The notes under the pieces are model-generated. The model made no database searches, was not told where the DNA came from, and saw only the letters and a list, made by a program, of their open reading frames with translations. Source: a virus. Taken from it: a stretch of 64,000 nt of DNA. The translations under genes and the position numbers were made by a program. The stretch lies in IMG/VR virus record IMGVR_UViG_3300044984_003188; one strand, 5' to 3'. Positions 48,942 through 57,847 of the stretch are shown here, in pieces; the first letter of the stretch is position 1, and each line of letters begins with the position of its first letter.

Positions 48942-50380
48942 TGGATACGGTAACTATAAGAAAATATGATGAGGTATATAATAAAATAGTCTGTGATCCA
49001 GGTATTGCCATGGAACTTGCAGATCATTTTACGTTTGAAGTGCCTGGTGCAAAGTTTATGCCTACTGTTCGTAATAAGATATGGGATGGAAAAATAAGAC
49101 TTCTTAATCCACTCACATGTCTACTTTATTCCGGATTAGCAGAAGAAGTCATAAAGTTTTGCCAATCCCGTAAATATGAATGTGAATTAGATGGAATCTC
49201 TAGTGATGAAGAGTTTTCAATCCATGAAGCACAAAAAAGGATAGAATCTCTAGGATTGACTAAAACTCCCAGAGATTATCAATTAGATGCATATGTACAT
49301 GCAATCAGAAAAAGAAGAGCAGTACTGCTCTCTCCAACAGCATCTGGTAAATCACTCATAATATATCTCATAACAAAACATTATAAAGAAAAAACTCTTA
49401 TCATAGTTCCAACTACATCTCTTGTTCATCAAATGGCATCCGACTTCAAAGACTATGGTCTAGAAGAAGAATGCCACAAGATTATGAGTGGTGAAGAAAA
49501 GATTACAAATAAAAACATTGTGATTTCAACATGGCAGTCTATATATAAACTTCCACAAAGTTGGTTCAATCAATTTAAATTAGTGATTGGAGATGAAGCA
49601 CATCTATTTAAAGCCAAATCTCTCACTACTATTATGACTAAACTACCCAATTGTAAATACAAATATGGTTTTACAGGGACCTTAGACGGCACCGATACTA
49701 ATAAGTTAGTATTAGAAGGGCTGTTTGGTCCGGTCAGAAAAGTTACAACCACAGCAGAACTCATGAATAAGGGAACTGTGGCTCAATTGCTAATTAAAGC
49801 ATTGGTTCTTAAATATACCAATGAAGATAAAAAACTTGTAAGCAATTATGACTATCAAGCTGAACTAGATTTTATAGTCACTAATCCAAAAAGAAATAAT
49901 TTTGTTAAAAATCTAGTTCTTTCACTTAAAGGTAATACCCTTGTATTCTTTAACTTTGTTGATAAACATGGTAAAATTCTATATGATTTAGTAAAATCTG
50001 AAGCCAAAGATAGAAATGTTTATTTTATATCCGGTGAAGTAAGTGCCTTAGAAAGAGAAGAAATAAGAAAGTCAGTCGAGAATGATAGAAATTGTATTAT
50101 CTTTGCTAGCTCTGGCACTAGTTCTACTGGTGTTAACATGGTAAATTTACAAAATATAGTATTCACAAGCCCATCAAAATCTAGGGTTAGAAATCTACAA
50201 TCTATCGGGCGTGCTCTCAGAAAATCTGAAACCAAAGTAAATGCCACTCTTTATGATTTAGCTGATGATTTGACCTGGAAGTCAAAAAGAAACCACACAC
50301 TCAATCACTTTATTGAAAGGATCAAAATCTATAGCTCCGAGTCATTTGACTACAAGATTTATAATATTGATCTAAACTAA
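48941..50380 (+). CDS. uvsW: DNA helicase UvsW
   Basis: WDGKIRL; SPTASGKS; GDEAH; GFTGT; QSIGRALR. Confidence 0.96.
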   Translation: MDTVTIRKYDEVYNKIVCDPGIAMELADHFTFEVPGAKFMPTVRNKIWDGKIRLLNPLTCLLYSGLAEEVIKFCQSRKYECELDGISSDEEFSIHEAQKRIESLGLTKTPRDYQLDAYVHAIRKRRAVLLSPTASGKSLIIYLITKHYKEKTLIIVPTTSLVHQMASDFKDYGLEEECHKIMSGEEKITNKNIVISTWQSIYKLPQSWFNQFKLVIGDEAHLFKAKSLTTIMTKLPNCKYKYGFTGTLDGTDTNKLVLEGLFGPVRKVTTTAELMNKGTVAQLLIKALVLKYTNEDKKLVSNYDYQAELDFIVTNPKRNNFVKNLVLSLKGNTLVFFNFVDKHGKILYDLVKSEAKDRNVYFISGEVSALEREEIRKSVENDRNCIIFASSGTSSTGVNMVNLQNIVFTSPSKSRVRNLQSIGRALRKSETKVNATLYDLADDLTWKSKRNHTLNHFIERIKIYSSESFDYKIYNIDLN

Positions 50381-50407
50381 TCCATTATTTCCTTTTCCTC
50401 AATGCCT

Positions 50408-50435
50408 ATTATACCTATACTATGAAAGTTGTCAA
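50408..50435 (-). promoter_or_regulatory. Antisense sigma70-type promoter in the gp55 leader
   Basis: Minus strand reads TTGACA-16 nt-TATAAT; shares a 17-mer with the site at 37181-37197. Confidence 0.65.
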
Positions 50436-50437
50436 CC

Positions 50438-50965
50438 ATGAATTTAACCACTAGACCAAAAAAACATTACGTGAACAATGCTGATTTTGTTAAGGCTTTA
50501 AATGAATATAAAGAAAAACTTAAAACCAATCCAGAAGCCAGGATTCCAGATTATATTGGGATATGCATAAGCGCCATTTGTAACAAAATGGCAACACGCC
50601 CAAACTTCTCTGGATATACTTTTAAAGAGGAAATGATAGGTGATGCCATAGAAAATTGCCTTGAGGCAGTTGGCAATTTTGATCCTGCAAAATCCATAGA
50701 AAGATCCAGAACATCGACGGTTAATGCATTTGGTTATTTTAGCTGGATAGCATGGAATGCTTTCATTAGAAGAATAGCAAAGGAAAAAAAGCAGACTTAT
50801 ATTAAGTATAAGAATATGCAGAACCTACAAATATTTGATGACTCAACTGTAAATCCATATAATAATGAAGCTACAAATCAAATTATAGAGGAGTTCGAAT
50901 CCAAGTTGACAAAAACAAAGAAAAGTGGTATAGTAGGGATAGAAAAATTTGTTGATAACGATTAA
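50438..50965 (+). CDS. gp55: Late-transcription sigma factor (alternative TTG start at 50429)
   Basis: HYVNNADF; RPNFSGYTFKEEMIGDAIENC; NAFGYFS.I.WNAFIRRI.KEKKQ. Confidence 0.94.
   Translation: MNLTTRPKKHYVNNADFVKALNEYKEKLKTNPEARIPDYIGICISAICNKMATRPNFSGYTFKEEMIGDAIENCLEAVGNFDPAKSIERSRTSTVNAFGYFSWIAWNAFIRRIAKEKKQTYIKYKNMQNLQIFDDSTVNPYNNEATNQIIEEFESKLTKTKKSGIVGIEKFVDND
50906..50934 (+). promoter_or_regulatory. Sigma70-type promoter for gp47, inside the 3' end of gp55
   Basis: TTGACA-17 nt-TATAGT with extended -10 TG. Confidence 0.7.
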
Positions 50966-50973
50966 GGACTATC

Positions 50974-52044
50974 ATGGAAATAGCTATTATAGCCGATACT
51001 CACTGGGGCATTCGTGGTGACAATTTAACATTTATGAATGCCACTAAAAAATTCTTGGATGATATTTTCTTCCCTGAACTTGATAAAAGAAATATCAAAT
51101 GTGTTGTTCATTTAGGGGATTTATTTGATCGTCGAAAGATGACAAATACAATTACAGCACATCGTTTAAGAAAAGATTTCATCCAGCCAATGATTGACCG
51201 TGGCATTGATTATCATCAAATTATTGGTAATCATGATACCTACTATAAAAATACAAATGAAGTAAATGCTGTTGATGAGTTCTTCAGTTTTAATAGTATG
51301 AAAGTATATCGTGATCCTATCGAAGTAAAACTTTTTGATGAAAAAATTTTAATGCTTCCTTGGATCTGTGATTCTAATAGAGAAGCAAGCATGAAAGCAA
51401 TTGCTGATTCTAATGCTAGATACTGTTTCGGTCATTTAGAATTGGAAGGGTTTGAAATGTATCGTGGGCATTTTGCCACACATGGTGAAAAATCCACTTT
51501 ATTTGATAAATTTGAATTGACTTTATCTGGTCATTATCATCATAAATCAAATAAGAATTCCATAGTATATGTAGGATCACATGCTCAATTTACATGGTCT
51601 GATTACGGTGATGATAGAGGATTTCACATTCTAAATTTACAAGATTCAGAGTTGACATTTATCAAAAACCCATATATAATGTTCAATAAGATCTTTTATG
51701 ATGATGTAGGTGTAAAATCACTTGAACCTCTAATAAACAAAGATTGGAACATTTATAAAAATACTCTTTGTAAAGTGATTGTTCAAAATAAAACCAATCC
51801 TTATTGGTTTGATCTTTTTTGTGAAAAATTAGAGAATGCAAACCCAGTTGATTTCCAGATTGTGGAAGATCATCACAATTTAGACAATATTAATGAAGAT
51901 GAATTAGTGGATGAAGCGGAATCAACCATGGATATTTTTAAGAAACATATATCCCAACTAGAAGATTCTTCAGTCGATGTAAAAAAACTGGAAAAAGTTA
52001 TTACAGAACTTTATAATAAAGCTATATCAATGGGTGTAGAGTGA
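50974..52044 (+). CDS. gp47: Recombination endonuclease subunit (Mre11/SbcD-like)
   Basis: ADTHWG; HLGDLFD; GNHD; GHLE; SGHYH. Confidence 0.95.
   Translation: MEIAIIADTHWGIRGDNLTFMNATKKFLDDIFFPELDKRNIKCVVHLGDLFDRRKMTNTITAHRLRKDFIQPMIDRGIDYHQIIGNHDTYYKNTNEVNAVDEFFSFNSMKVYRDPIEVKLFDEKILMLPWICDSNREASMKAIADSNARYCFGHLELEGFEMYRGHFATHGEKSTLFDKFELTLSGHYHHKSNKNSIVYVGSHAQFTWSDYGDDRGFHILNLQDSELTFIKNPYIMFNKIFYDDVGVKSLEPLINKDWNIYKNTLCKVIVQNKTNPYWFDLFCEKLENANPVDFQIVEDHHNLDNINEDELVDEAESTMDIFKKHISQLEDSSVDVKKLEKVITELYNKAISMGVE
51652..51680 (+). promoter_or_regulatory. Sigma70-type promoter inside gp47
   Basis: TTGACA-17 nt-TATAAT, perfect consensus. Confidence 0.6.
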
Positions 52045-53756
52045 TAGTATTTAAGAAAATCCGTTTTAAAAACTTCCTTTCAACAGGAAATCAATTTACA
52101 GAAATCGACTTATATAATTCTGGTAATACTCTTATTGTCGGAACAAATGGTGCTGGGAAATCAACACTTCTTGATGCTTTAACTTTTGGTTTATTTGGTA
52201 AAAGTTTTAGAAATATCAATAAACCACAACTTATGAATACTATAACCAAACGTGATCTTTTGGTAGAGATTGAATTTTCAATTGGTAAAAATAACTTCCT
52301 CATAAGAAGAGGAATGAAGCCCAATGTATTTGAAGTATTCTGTAATGATTCACTTCTCAATCAATCTGCTGAGATGCGAGACTATCAAGAAATTCTTGAA
52401 AAGCAGATTTTGAAATCAAACTATAAAACATTTTGTCAGGTTGATATTCTTGGATCGGCTTCATTTGTTCCATTTATGCAATTACCTGCCGCTCAACGAA
52501 GAGCTGTAATTGAAGATTTACTTGATCTACAAGTATTCAGTAATATGAACGTTCTATTGAAAGAACAGATTCAGCAAAACAATCAAGATATTCTAGAAAA
52601 TTCTTATAAAAAGAAAATTATTGATGAAAAGATGAAGTTCCTCAAAGATCATCTTGAAGAACTTACAAAAAAGAGTGCAGCTTTTATTGGGGAAAAGAAA
52701 AATACTATCCAAACCCTTAAGGAAAATATTGTCGAGAAACAAAAAGATATTAGATTAAATAATGCTAATATTAATCAATTAGTTTCCTCAATTAAACATA
52801 TTGACTATTCTACTGTAAAAACAAAACTCTCAAAATTTGAAACTTTGAAAATTGAATTAAATTCTAAAATGGATTTACTTAATAGAGAAATCCATTTTTT
52901 TGAGAATCATGAACATTGTCCAACATGCAATCAAAATATTGACTCTAAGCTTAGTTGTGATAAAATTGAGAATGGGCAAAAAAGAATCAAAGAACTTGAT
53001 GCTGGTTTGATAAAACTTAATACAATGATTTCAGAAATCAGAGATTCAATTATGTTTTATGATTCTACAAATGCAATTATTATTGCGCATAAAAATACTA
53101 TTAATTCAATAGAATTGAGTATCAAGCAAGTTGAATGGAAAATTTCCTCAATTGAGGAAGAAATCAAAGCAGCAAGTGAAAATATTTCCGATTCATCTGA
53201 TTTAAAAATTGTTGATTTGGAAAAAGAACTTGCTGATGTTGCTAAAGAACATAATGATCTTCATGAACATAGATCAGTACTATCTCATGCTGCATCCCTA
53301 CTAAAAGATGGTGGTATTAAAACCAAAATCATAAATCAGTATATTCCAATTATTAATAAGCTAATTAATAAGTATCTATCTTCTATGGATTTCTTTGTTG
53401 ATTTTCAATTGAATGGACAGTTTGAGGAAACAATTAAATCCAGACATCGTGATGAATTTAGTTATGCTTCATTTTCAGAGGGTGAAAAACAACGAATTGA
53501 TCTTGCTCTACTCTTTACATGGAGATCAATAGCCAAACTTAGAAATTCAATGAGTACAAATCTATTAATTTTGGATGAGGTATTTGATTCAAGTCTGGAT
53601 AACAATTCAACCGAAATGCTTATGCAGATTTTAAATACCATAGGCTCAGAGTGTTCTCTCTTTGTGATTTCGCATAAAGATCATTTAATTGAGAGATTTC
53701 CAAATATTATTAGATTTACAAAAAATAAAAACTTTAGCAGAATTGAGGGACAATAA
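52041..53756 (+). CDS. gp46: Recombination ATPase subunit (Rad50/SbcC-like)
   Basis: GTNGAGKST; CPTCNQ zinc hook; FSEGEKQRID; LDEVFDSSLD. Confidence 0.96.
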   Translation: MIVFKKIRFKNFLSTGNQFTEIDLYNSGNTLIVGTNGAGKSTLLDALTFGLFGKSFRNINKPQLMNTITKRDLLVEIEFSIGKNNFLIRRGMKPNVFEVFCNDSLLNQSAEMRDYQEILEKQILKSNYKTFCQVDILGSASFVPFMQLPAAQRRAVIEDLLDLQVFSNMNVLLKEQIQQNNQDILENSYKKKIIDEKMKFLKDHLEELTKKSAAFIGEKKNTIQTLKENIVEKQKDIRLNNANINQLVSSIKHIDYSTVKTKLSKFETLKIELNSKMDLLNREIHFFENHEHCPTCNQNIDSKLSCDKIENGQKRIKELDAGLIKLNTMISEIRDSIMFYDSTNAIIIAHKNTINSIELSIKQVEWKISSIEEEIKAASENISDSSDLKIVDLEKELADVAKEHNDLHEHRSVLSHAASLLKDGGIKTKIINQYIPIINKLINKYLSSMDFFVDFQLNGQFEETIKSRHRDEFSYASFSEGEKQRIDLALLFTWRSIAKLRNSMSTNLLILDEVFDSSLDNNSTEMLMQILNTIGSECSLFVISHKDHLIERFPNIIRFTKNKNFSRIEGQ

Positions 53757-53757
53757 T

Positions 53758-54879
53758 ATGTTTTTATCTATGCTTTATAAACGAACTGCAACAGGTGCAG
53801 TTCAAACATGGGTTATTGAGGTTGAAGGTGATTCATGGAGAACAATTTCTGGTCAACACGGTGGCGCTATGGTCACCTCAACTTGGCACAAATGTTTTGC
53901 TAAAAATACTGGTAAAAAGAATGCTACCACAAATGAAGAACAAGCTGTAATTGAAGCAAAAGCTAAACATAAAAAGCGACTTGAACTTGACTATTTTGAA
54001 AGCATGGATGATATTGATAATGATATCTATTTTAAACCCATGCTTGCAGCAAAATATAAAGATCGTGTAAAAAAACTTGATTTTAAAAAGCAGGTATGGA
54101 CACAACCCAAACTAGATGGGATGCGTTGTATTGTCACAATGTCTGGAATGTATTCACGAGCAGGTGAACAAGTTGTATCTTCACCGCATATTCATGAATA
54201 TATGCTTCAGAATGGATTTTGGGATCAAGATGAATCTTTGGTCTATGATGGCGAGCTATATAATCATGAGTTCCATGAAAATTTCAATGAGCTCATGAGT
54301 ATTGCTAGACAAACCAAACCAACGGCAGAAGATCTAAGCAAGTCAAAAAATCTATTACAGTACCATATCTATGATATCACTGGTGAAAAAGAAGAAACAT
54401 TTAATGAACGATTTGTTTCCAAACCACACCAAAATAGCACATGCGGAACAATTCAATTTGTTCAAACCGATGAAGTCAATAGTCTTGAACAAATTGATGC
54501 TATGTATGAAAAATATCTAGAATTAAATTATGAAGGACAAATGGTCCGAGTCAATGATTTATATCATAATAAGCGTTGCAATACACTCTTAAAAAGAAAA
54601 GAATTCATTGATGAAGAATATAAGATTCTTGATATTGTTGAAGGTAATGGTAATCGTGCTGGTATGGCAGGTAGAATTACTCTTCAGAAGGAAGATAAGC
54701 GTACCTTTGGTGCTGGGATTAAAGGATCACATGAATATTGTAAAAAACTATTACTTGAAAAAGATAAGTATCTCAACAATAATTCAGAGGCAACCATTCG
54801 GTATTTTAAATTAACACCAGATGGAATTCCTCGCTTTCCTGTTGCTGTTTATCTTTATGAAAATGGTAGAAAGGAATAA
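53758..54879 (+). CDS. gp30: ATP-dependent DNA ligase (ATG at 53758 after GAGGGA)
   Basis: PMLA; QPKLDGMRC; YDGELY; YEGQMVR; LLKRK; PRFP. Confidence 0.9.
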   Translation: MFLSMLYKRTATGAVQTWVIEVEGDSWRTISGQHGGAMVTSTWHKCFAKNTGKKNATTNEEQAVIEAKAKHKKRLELDYFESMDDIDNDIYFKPMLAAKYKDRVKKLDFKKQVWTQPKLDGMRCIVTMSGMYSRAGEQVVSSPHIHEYMLQNGFWDQDESLVYDGELYNHEFHENFNELMSIARQTKPTAEDLSKSKNLLQYHIYDITGEKEETFNERFVSKPHQNSTCGTIQFVQTDEVNSLEQIDAMYEKYLELNYEGQMVRVNDLYHNKRCNTLLKRKEFIDEEYKILDIVEGNGNRAGMAGRITLQKEDKRTFGAGIKGSHEYCKKLLLEKDKYLNNNSEATIRYFKLTPDGIPRFPVAVYLYENGRKE

Positions 54880-55229
54880 TGAAAGTTATTATTGCTGGAA
54901 GTCGTAAAATAAAAGATCCTGAAATAGTTTTAAATGCTATAGAAAATTCTGGCTATAATATAACTGAAGTTGTTTCTGGTAAAGCCAAAGGTGTTGATAC
55001 CATAGGTGAGGCCTATGCTAATATGATGGAAATTCCAATAAAAGAATTTCCTGCAGAATGGACTAAATATGGTAAAACTATTGCTGGACCCATCAGAAAT
55101 AAAGAAATGTCCTTATATGCTGATGCTGCAATTATAATTTGGAATGGTACCTCAACTGGTACTCATAATATGATCCAAAATATGAAAAAAGTTAAGAAAC
55201 CATATTTTTTAGTGAAAGTTAAACAATGA
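54879..55229 (+). CDS. SLOG / YspA-like (DUF2493) protein
   Basis: KVIIAGSR; VVSGKAKGVD; AGPIRNKEM; W.G.S.GT..M. Confidence 0.8.
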   Translation: MKVIIAGSRKIKDPEIVLNAIENSGYNITEVVSGKAKGVDTIGEAYANMMEIPIKEFPAEWTKYGKTIAGPIRNKEMSLYADAAIIIWNGTSTGTHNMIQNMKKVKKPYFLVKVKQ

Positions 55230-55702
55230 ACTTAATTGAATATACAGACCCAATTTTAAAAGAAATTAGCAAACAATTTGATTTTCAAAATCCACCATTT
55301 GACGCTCTTGAGTTCTCTCAAGAGCTAGTTAAGACAATGTATGATAATAATGGGATTTGTCTTGCCGCTATTCAAGTTGGAATCCCTCTTAGAATATTTG
55401 CTATGAGAGGAACACCAGAGAATTTTGTTTGCTTTAATCCAAGAATTGTGCAACCCTCAGAACAAATGATTCGACTTGAAGAAAAGTCATTGACATACCC
55501 TGGCTTATGTGTTAAAGTAAATCGACCACAACATTGCAGAGTAAGATTTGCTACTCCGAATGGTGAGGTTAGAACAGAAACATTTACAGGGATAACAGCT
55601 CGTGTATTTCAACAATCCATGGACTTTCTTGATGGGCAGCTATTTTACTCAGCTGCTAATTTTATTCATCGTCAGCAAGCTCTAAGGAAATGGAAGCGGT
55701 AA
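55226..55702 (+). CDS. def: Peptide deformylase-fold protein, catalytically degenerate
   Basis: GICLAAIQVG, FNPRI, EEKSLTYPG and ARVFQQSMDFLDG align with PDF motifs I-III, but the metal ligands are absent. Confidence 0.8.
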   Translation: MNLIEYTDPILKEISKQFDFQNPPFDALEFSQELVKTMYDNNGICLAAIQVGIPLRIFAMRGTPENFVCFNPRIVQPSEQMIRLEEKSLTYPGLCVKVNRPQHCRVRFATPNGEVRTETFTGITARVFQQSMDFLDGQLFYSAANFIHRQQALRKWKR

Positions 55703-55703
55703 A

Positions 55704-56243
55704 GTGAATATTTTCTATCTATCAACTGATGCAGCCGAAGCCGCACAATGGATGGTTGATAAACATGTTGTCAAAATGATTCTAGAATCAGCACAACTAT
55801 TATCTACAGCACACCGTATTTTAGATGGACTTGAAGTTTCCGGTAAATCCAAGACCGGTCGTAATGTAAAGCGTTGGGTACTAAATGATGGGCGTGAATC
55901 TATCATTTATACTGCTACTCATGTAAATCATCCTAGTGCTGTTTGGTGCCGGCAATCAATTGAAAATTATAATTGGCTTGTAGAGCATTTTCACGCTTTA
56001 GGTCAAGAATATACATATCGCTATGGTAAGACACACAAATGTTTTCAGGGTGATTTAGCATATATGCTATCTTCACCCCCAAACAATCTTAAGAACTATG
56101 AATGGACTAAAATGCCATCGGCTATGGCTGATGAGTATAAAATCAGCGATGATCCCTTGACAAACTACAGAAATTATTATAAAGTAGCAAAATCACGGAT
56201 GCACTCGTGGAAAAATCGTCAACCCCCAGAATGGATTATATAA
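55704..56243 (+). CDS. Pyrimidine-dimer DNA glycosylase / DenV-like family protein
   Basis: MNIFYL...DKHVVKMILESAQLLSTAH; HVNHPSAVW; EYTYRYGKTH; YRNYY. Confidence 0.75.
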   Translation: MNIFYLSTDAAEAAQWMVDKHVVKMILESAQLLSTAHRILDGLEVSGKSKTGRNVKRWVLNDGRESIIYTATHVNHPSAVWCRQSIENYNWLVEHFHALGQEYTYRYGKTHKCFQGDLAYMLSSPPNNLKNYEWTKMPSAMADEYKISDDPLTNYRNYYKVAKSRMHSWKNRQPPEWII

Positions 56244-56244
56244 T

Positions 56245-56451
56245 ATGGCTAATTTTTTAGAAGAACATGGTTCTACTTTAATTGTGTTTGTTACAGGAAC
56301 AATTGTACTTGTATCGCTAATCATCGGTGTCTCTATTAGTACTATGAATGGTAATCAGCATTATTATGATGGTATGGAAAAATGTATTAATGCAAAAGGA
56401 ACATGGATCCCTCAACATAATGTTGGTATTTGTCTAGTAAATAAGGTGTAA
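56245..56451 (+). CDS. Small membrane protein
   Basis: One hydrophobic segment (LIVFVTGTIVLVSLIIGVSI) followed by C...GTW...C. Confidence 0.55.
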   Translation: MANFLEEHGSTLIVFVTGTIVLVSLIIGVSISTMNGNQHYYDGMEKCINAKGTWIPQHNVGICLVNKV

Positions 56452-56455
56452 AAAA

Positions 56456-56824
56456 ATGACAAAATATTCACTCACATTTCAAGAAATTAATGCACTTACC
56501 AGTATTCAAAATAAGCTTTATGGTCAATCCAAGGAAATGGGTTGGCATGATAAACCACGTGAAATTGGAACTAGAATTGCACTTTGTCATTCTGAGCTTT
56601 CTGAAGCACTAGAAGGTGCTCGTAAAAATCTAATGGATGATCATTTGCCTTCTCGCAAGATGCTTGAAGTTGAACTAGCAGATTGTATTATTCGTATCTT
56701 TGATCTTGCCGGTAGTGAAGGTCTAGACGTTGCTGGTGCTATTGCTGAAAAGCATGACTATAATGCCAATCGTGCTGATCACAAGCGTGAAAATCGTGCA
56801 GCAGCTGGTGGTAAAGCTTTCTAA
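56456..56824 (+). CDS. MazG-like nucleotide pyrophosphohydrolase
   Basis: ALCHSELSEALEG...EVELADCIIRIFD...K..YN..R. Confidence 0.85.
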   Translation: MTKYSLTFQEINALTSIQNKLYGQSKEMGWHDKPREIGTRIALCHSELSEALEGARKNLMDDHLPSRKMLEVELADCIIRIFDLAGSEGLDVAGAIAEKHDYNANRADHKRENRAAAGGKAF

Positions 56825-56826
56825 AC

Positions 56827-57276
56827 ATGCTACACGATAGTGAGCGTAGAACAAAAACTGGTGCACTTGGTGAAAAATTGGTTGCACGTTACTATCGCTC
56901 ACTTGGTTTCACAGTTGAAGAATCATTAAATCTTAATGATAGCAAAAAAGATATGCTTGTAGGTAATAAAACATGTGAAGTAAAAACACAACAAGTTTGG
57001 CATAAAGAAAACTCTTTTTCTATCAGGGTAAATCAACTAAAAAAATGTAATGATGTTGATATTCTAATATTTGTGGAAACTCCTTCTAAATACAATCAAA
57101 ATACCGTTCGACTACATGAAATGCCAAAAGATAAACGAAAAGTCAAAACACTTACAACATCAGATGGTCGAACAATGCACTTATTCTCTAAGAATAATGC
57201 TATTCTATTAAAAACTATTACTGATGAAGATATCGTAAAACAATTTGAACGATATTCACTTTCAAAATGGAAATAA
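56827..57276 (+). CDS. PD-(D/E)XK-family nuclease-like protein
   Basis: G.LGE..V..YY...G..V.......KDM......EVKT pattern. Confidence 0.6.
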   Translation: MLHDSERRTKTGALGEKLVARYYRSLGFTVEESLNLNDSKKDMLVGNKTCEVKTQQVWHKENSFSIRVNQLKKCNDVDILIFVETPSKYNQNTVRLHEMPKDKRKVKTLTTSDGRTMHLFSKNNAILLKTITDEDIVKQFERYSLSKWK

Positions 57277-57581
57277 AGATGGAAATTAAAGACACATCAA
57301 AAGATTACGAGGACTTAATTGGCTTTAAATCAAAAGAAACAATCCCTGTAAGTCTTGCTGAATTTCTTGGCGAGGAAATTGATACCAAACCAAGAATCAA
57401 ACCAAAACCGGTGGATAAAGAATATCCAGAAGATTGGCAAAATCTTTTTGTGAATTTTAGATCGGAAGAAGATTATATTCAGTTCATGAAAAAAATCAAT
57501 AAAAATCCAGATCCAAAAACATCTGTTTTTGTTTATACAAAAGATAAACAAAATAGTATCCTTGATTTTATGGAATCTTAA
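57267..57581 (+). CDS. Hypothetical protein associated with the glycosyltransferase gene
   Basis: WQNLFVNFRSEEDY.QF...I; similar to the next ORF. Confidence 0.6.
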   Translation: MEIKMEIKDTSKDYEDLIGFKSKETIPVSLAEFLGEEIDTKPRIKPKPVDKEYPEDWQNLFVNFRSEEDYIQFMKKINKNPDPKTSVFVYTKDKQNSILDFMES

Positions 57582-57583
57582 TT

Positions 57584-57847
57584 ATGCTGTTAGCTGAAAC
57601 CGTTGAAGATCTTCAAAATGAATGGCGCAATCCATACCTTCAATGGTATGCAGCAGGTATGCCAGCATTTAATACGTACGATATTTCACCATATAAACAG
57701 ATTAAACTTAAGTTTAAAACTATGGAAGATCGTCAAGCATTTGCCGACTATCTAGAATATCCATTGACAGAAAAAACAAATGTGATATGGTATCCAGATA
57801 AGGGTAGAGAGAAGAATATTATGAACAGGATTATTGAAGATGAATGA
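57584..57847 (+). CDS. Hypothetical protein associated with the glycosyltransferase gene
   Basis: W..AGMPAF....PYKQIKLKFKTMEDR.AF...L...LTEKT..IWYP. Confidence 0.6.
   Translation: MLLAETVEDLQNEWRNPYLQWYAAGMPAFNTYDISPYKQIKLKFKTMEDRQAFADYLEYPLTEKTNVIWYPDKGREKNIMNRIIEDE

Noticed and set aside
57267-57291. Short tandem duplication ATGGAAAT(A/T)AAG giving MEIKMEIK
   Set aside because: It only creates an ambiguous start codon; no evidence of function
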